From positions 23,638-37,597 of the forward strand of contig JBBIJQ010000015.1 of NCBI GenBank assembly GCA_037445915.1: DNA of 13,960 nucleotides, read 5' to 3'. The first letter of the stretch is position 1. Each line of letters begins with the position of its first letter. The notes under the pieces were generated by a model that saw only the letters and a list, made by a program, of their open reading frames with translations, had not been told where the DNA came from and ran no database searches. Below are positions 13,147-13,960 of the stretch, piece after piece. This stretch comes from Planctomycetales bacterium (GTDB lineage: Bacteria > 4484-113). A program made the translations under genes and the position numbers.

Positions 13147-13960
13147 CTACCCCAGGTTCTTTATCACGAAGCCGCTGAAGGATTCGTCGTCGCGTTCAAG
13201 CTCAAGCTTGCGCGCGCCTGCGGTGGCGTAGCTCATCCCCGGCATCTCAAAAATGCTGCCGCACATAGCCACGACCCAGCCTGGCCCGCCCGCATAACGC
13301 ACTTTCGTTATCGTAAGCGGCTTGCCCGAGGGGTCGCCGCGGTATTCGCCGTCGTCGGTGATGGAGAACTGCGTCTTGCTCATGCAGACGTTGGTCATCG
13401 GCCCTGTGCTGGCCTCTATCCGCCGCAATTGCGCTTCCACGCCGCGCGCATACTTCACTTCGCCCGCGCGGTAGATTTCGCTCGCGATTGTCTCAATGAT
13501 CCCTGTTAAGTGCATTGTGCGCGGGTAGAGCAGCTTGAAGTCTTTCGCGGTCTTCTCATGCGTCTTGGCGATGGTGTCCACGACAACCTGCGCCAGGTTC
13601 TCCGCGCCTGCCGGCCCGTCAACATAGCCCGTGTGCGCAACGCAGGGCGCGCCCAGCTTCTCGCGGATGTAGCCCGTTATCGCGTCAATCTCGCCATCAG
13701 TGTCAAAGGCGAAGCGGTTAAGCGCGACAACGACCGGCACCCCATACTTGCGCAAGTTCTCAATGTGGATGCGCAAGTTCCACATCCCCGACAGGCATCC
13801 TTCCGCGCTTTCTGCGAAGCGGAACATCCGCTGCTCGGCTTTTGTCGCGCCGATGGGATCCATGCCGCCCTGGTTTTTCAGGTCGCGCGCCGAGCAGACT
13901 ATAACCGCGCAGGCGGGGTGCTTGCCAGTCGTGCGGCAGACGATGTCCATGAACTTCTGC
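13147..13960 (-). CDS. fhs: Formate--tetrahydrofolate ligase, C-terminal part (5' end outside the window)
   Basis: KFMDIVCR...P...VIV.S.R.LK.QGG, NL..HIENLRKYGVPVVVALNRF..DT..E, IETIA.EIYRA, CMSKTQFS.TDD and G.I..MPG match the Fhs C-terminal half. The frame is open to the window edge. Confidence 0.88.
   Translation of the reverse strand, partial: QKFMDIVCRTTGKHPACAVIVCSARDLKNQGGMDPIGATKAEQRMFRFAESAEGCLSGMWNLRIHIENLRKYGVPVVVALNRFAFDTDGEIDAITGYIREKLGAPCVAHTGYVDGPAGAENLAQVVVDTIAKTHEKTAKDFKLLYPRTMHLTGIIETIASEIYRAGEVKYARGVEAQLRRIEASTGPMTNVCMSKTQFSITDDGEYRGDPSGKPLTITKVRYAGGPGWVVAMCGSIFEMPGMSYATAGARKLELERDDESFSGFVIKNLG

Overview
Gene-dense bacterial chromosomal window. I found no mobile element or CRISPR array. 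Left part: a partial aspartate kinase (minus strand) diverges from an apparent operon of aroC, ABC ATPase, ABC-2 permease and a soluble histidine kinase. This converges on a minus-strand pair, a secreted hypothetical protein and a DAGK/YegS-family lipid kinase. Centre: a 1223-aa lipoprotein with cohesin-like and dockerin-like modules, four FN3-like repeats and an Asp-box/propeller-like C-terminus. Right part: tRNA-Arg(CCG), an ECF sigma factor with a small Cys-rich soluble anti-sigma, plsY, a small lipoprotein and the 3' part of fhs. The most interesting region is 10550-11920. It holds a sigmaE-type promoter driving a ~90-nt structured, intrinsically terminated RNA with C-rich (anti-Shine-Dalgarno-like) exposed segments. 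It also holds an unannotated 27-aa ORF that is almost only a lipoprotein signal peptide, directly upstream of the ECF sigma, and an anti-sigma with a non-canonical CxxCxxC motif. Several genes look leaderless. All family calls come from reading motifs by eye; no searches were run.
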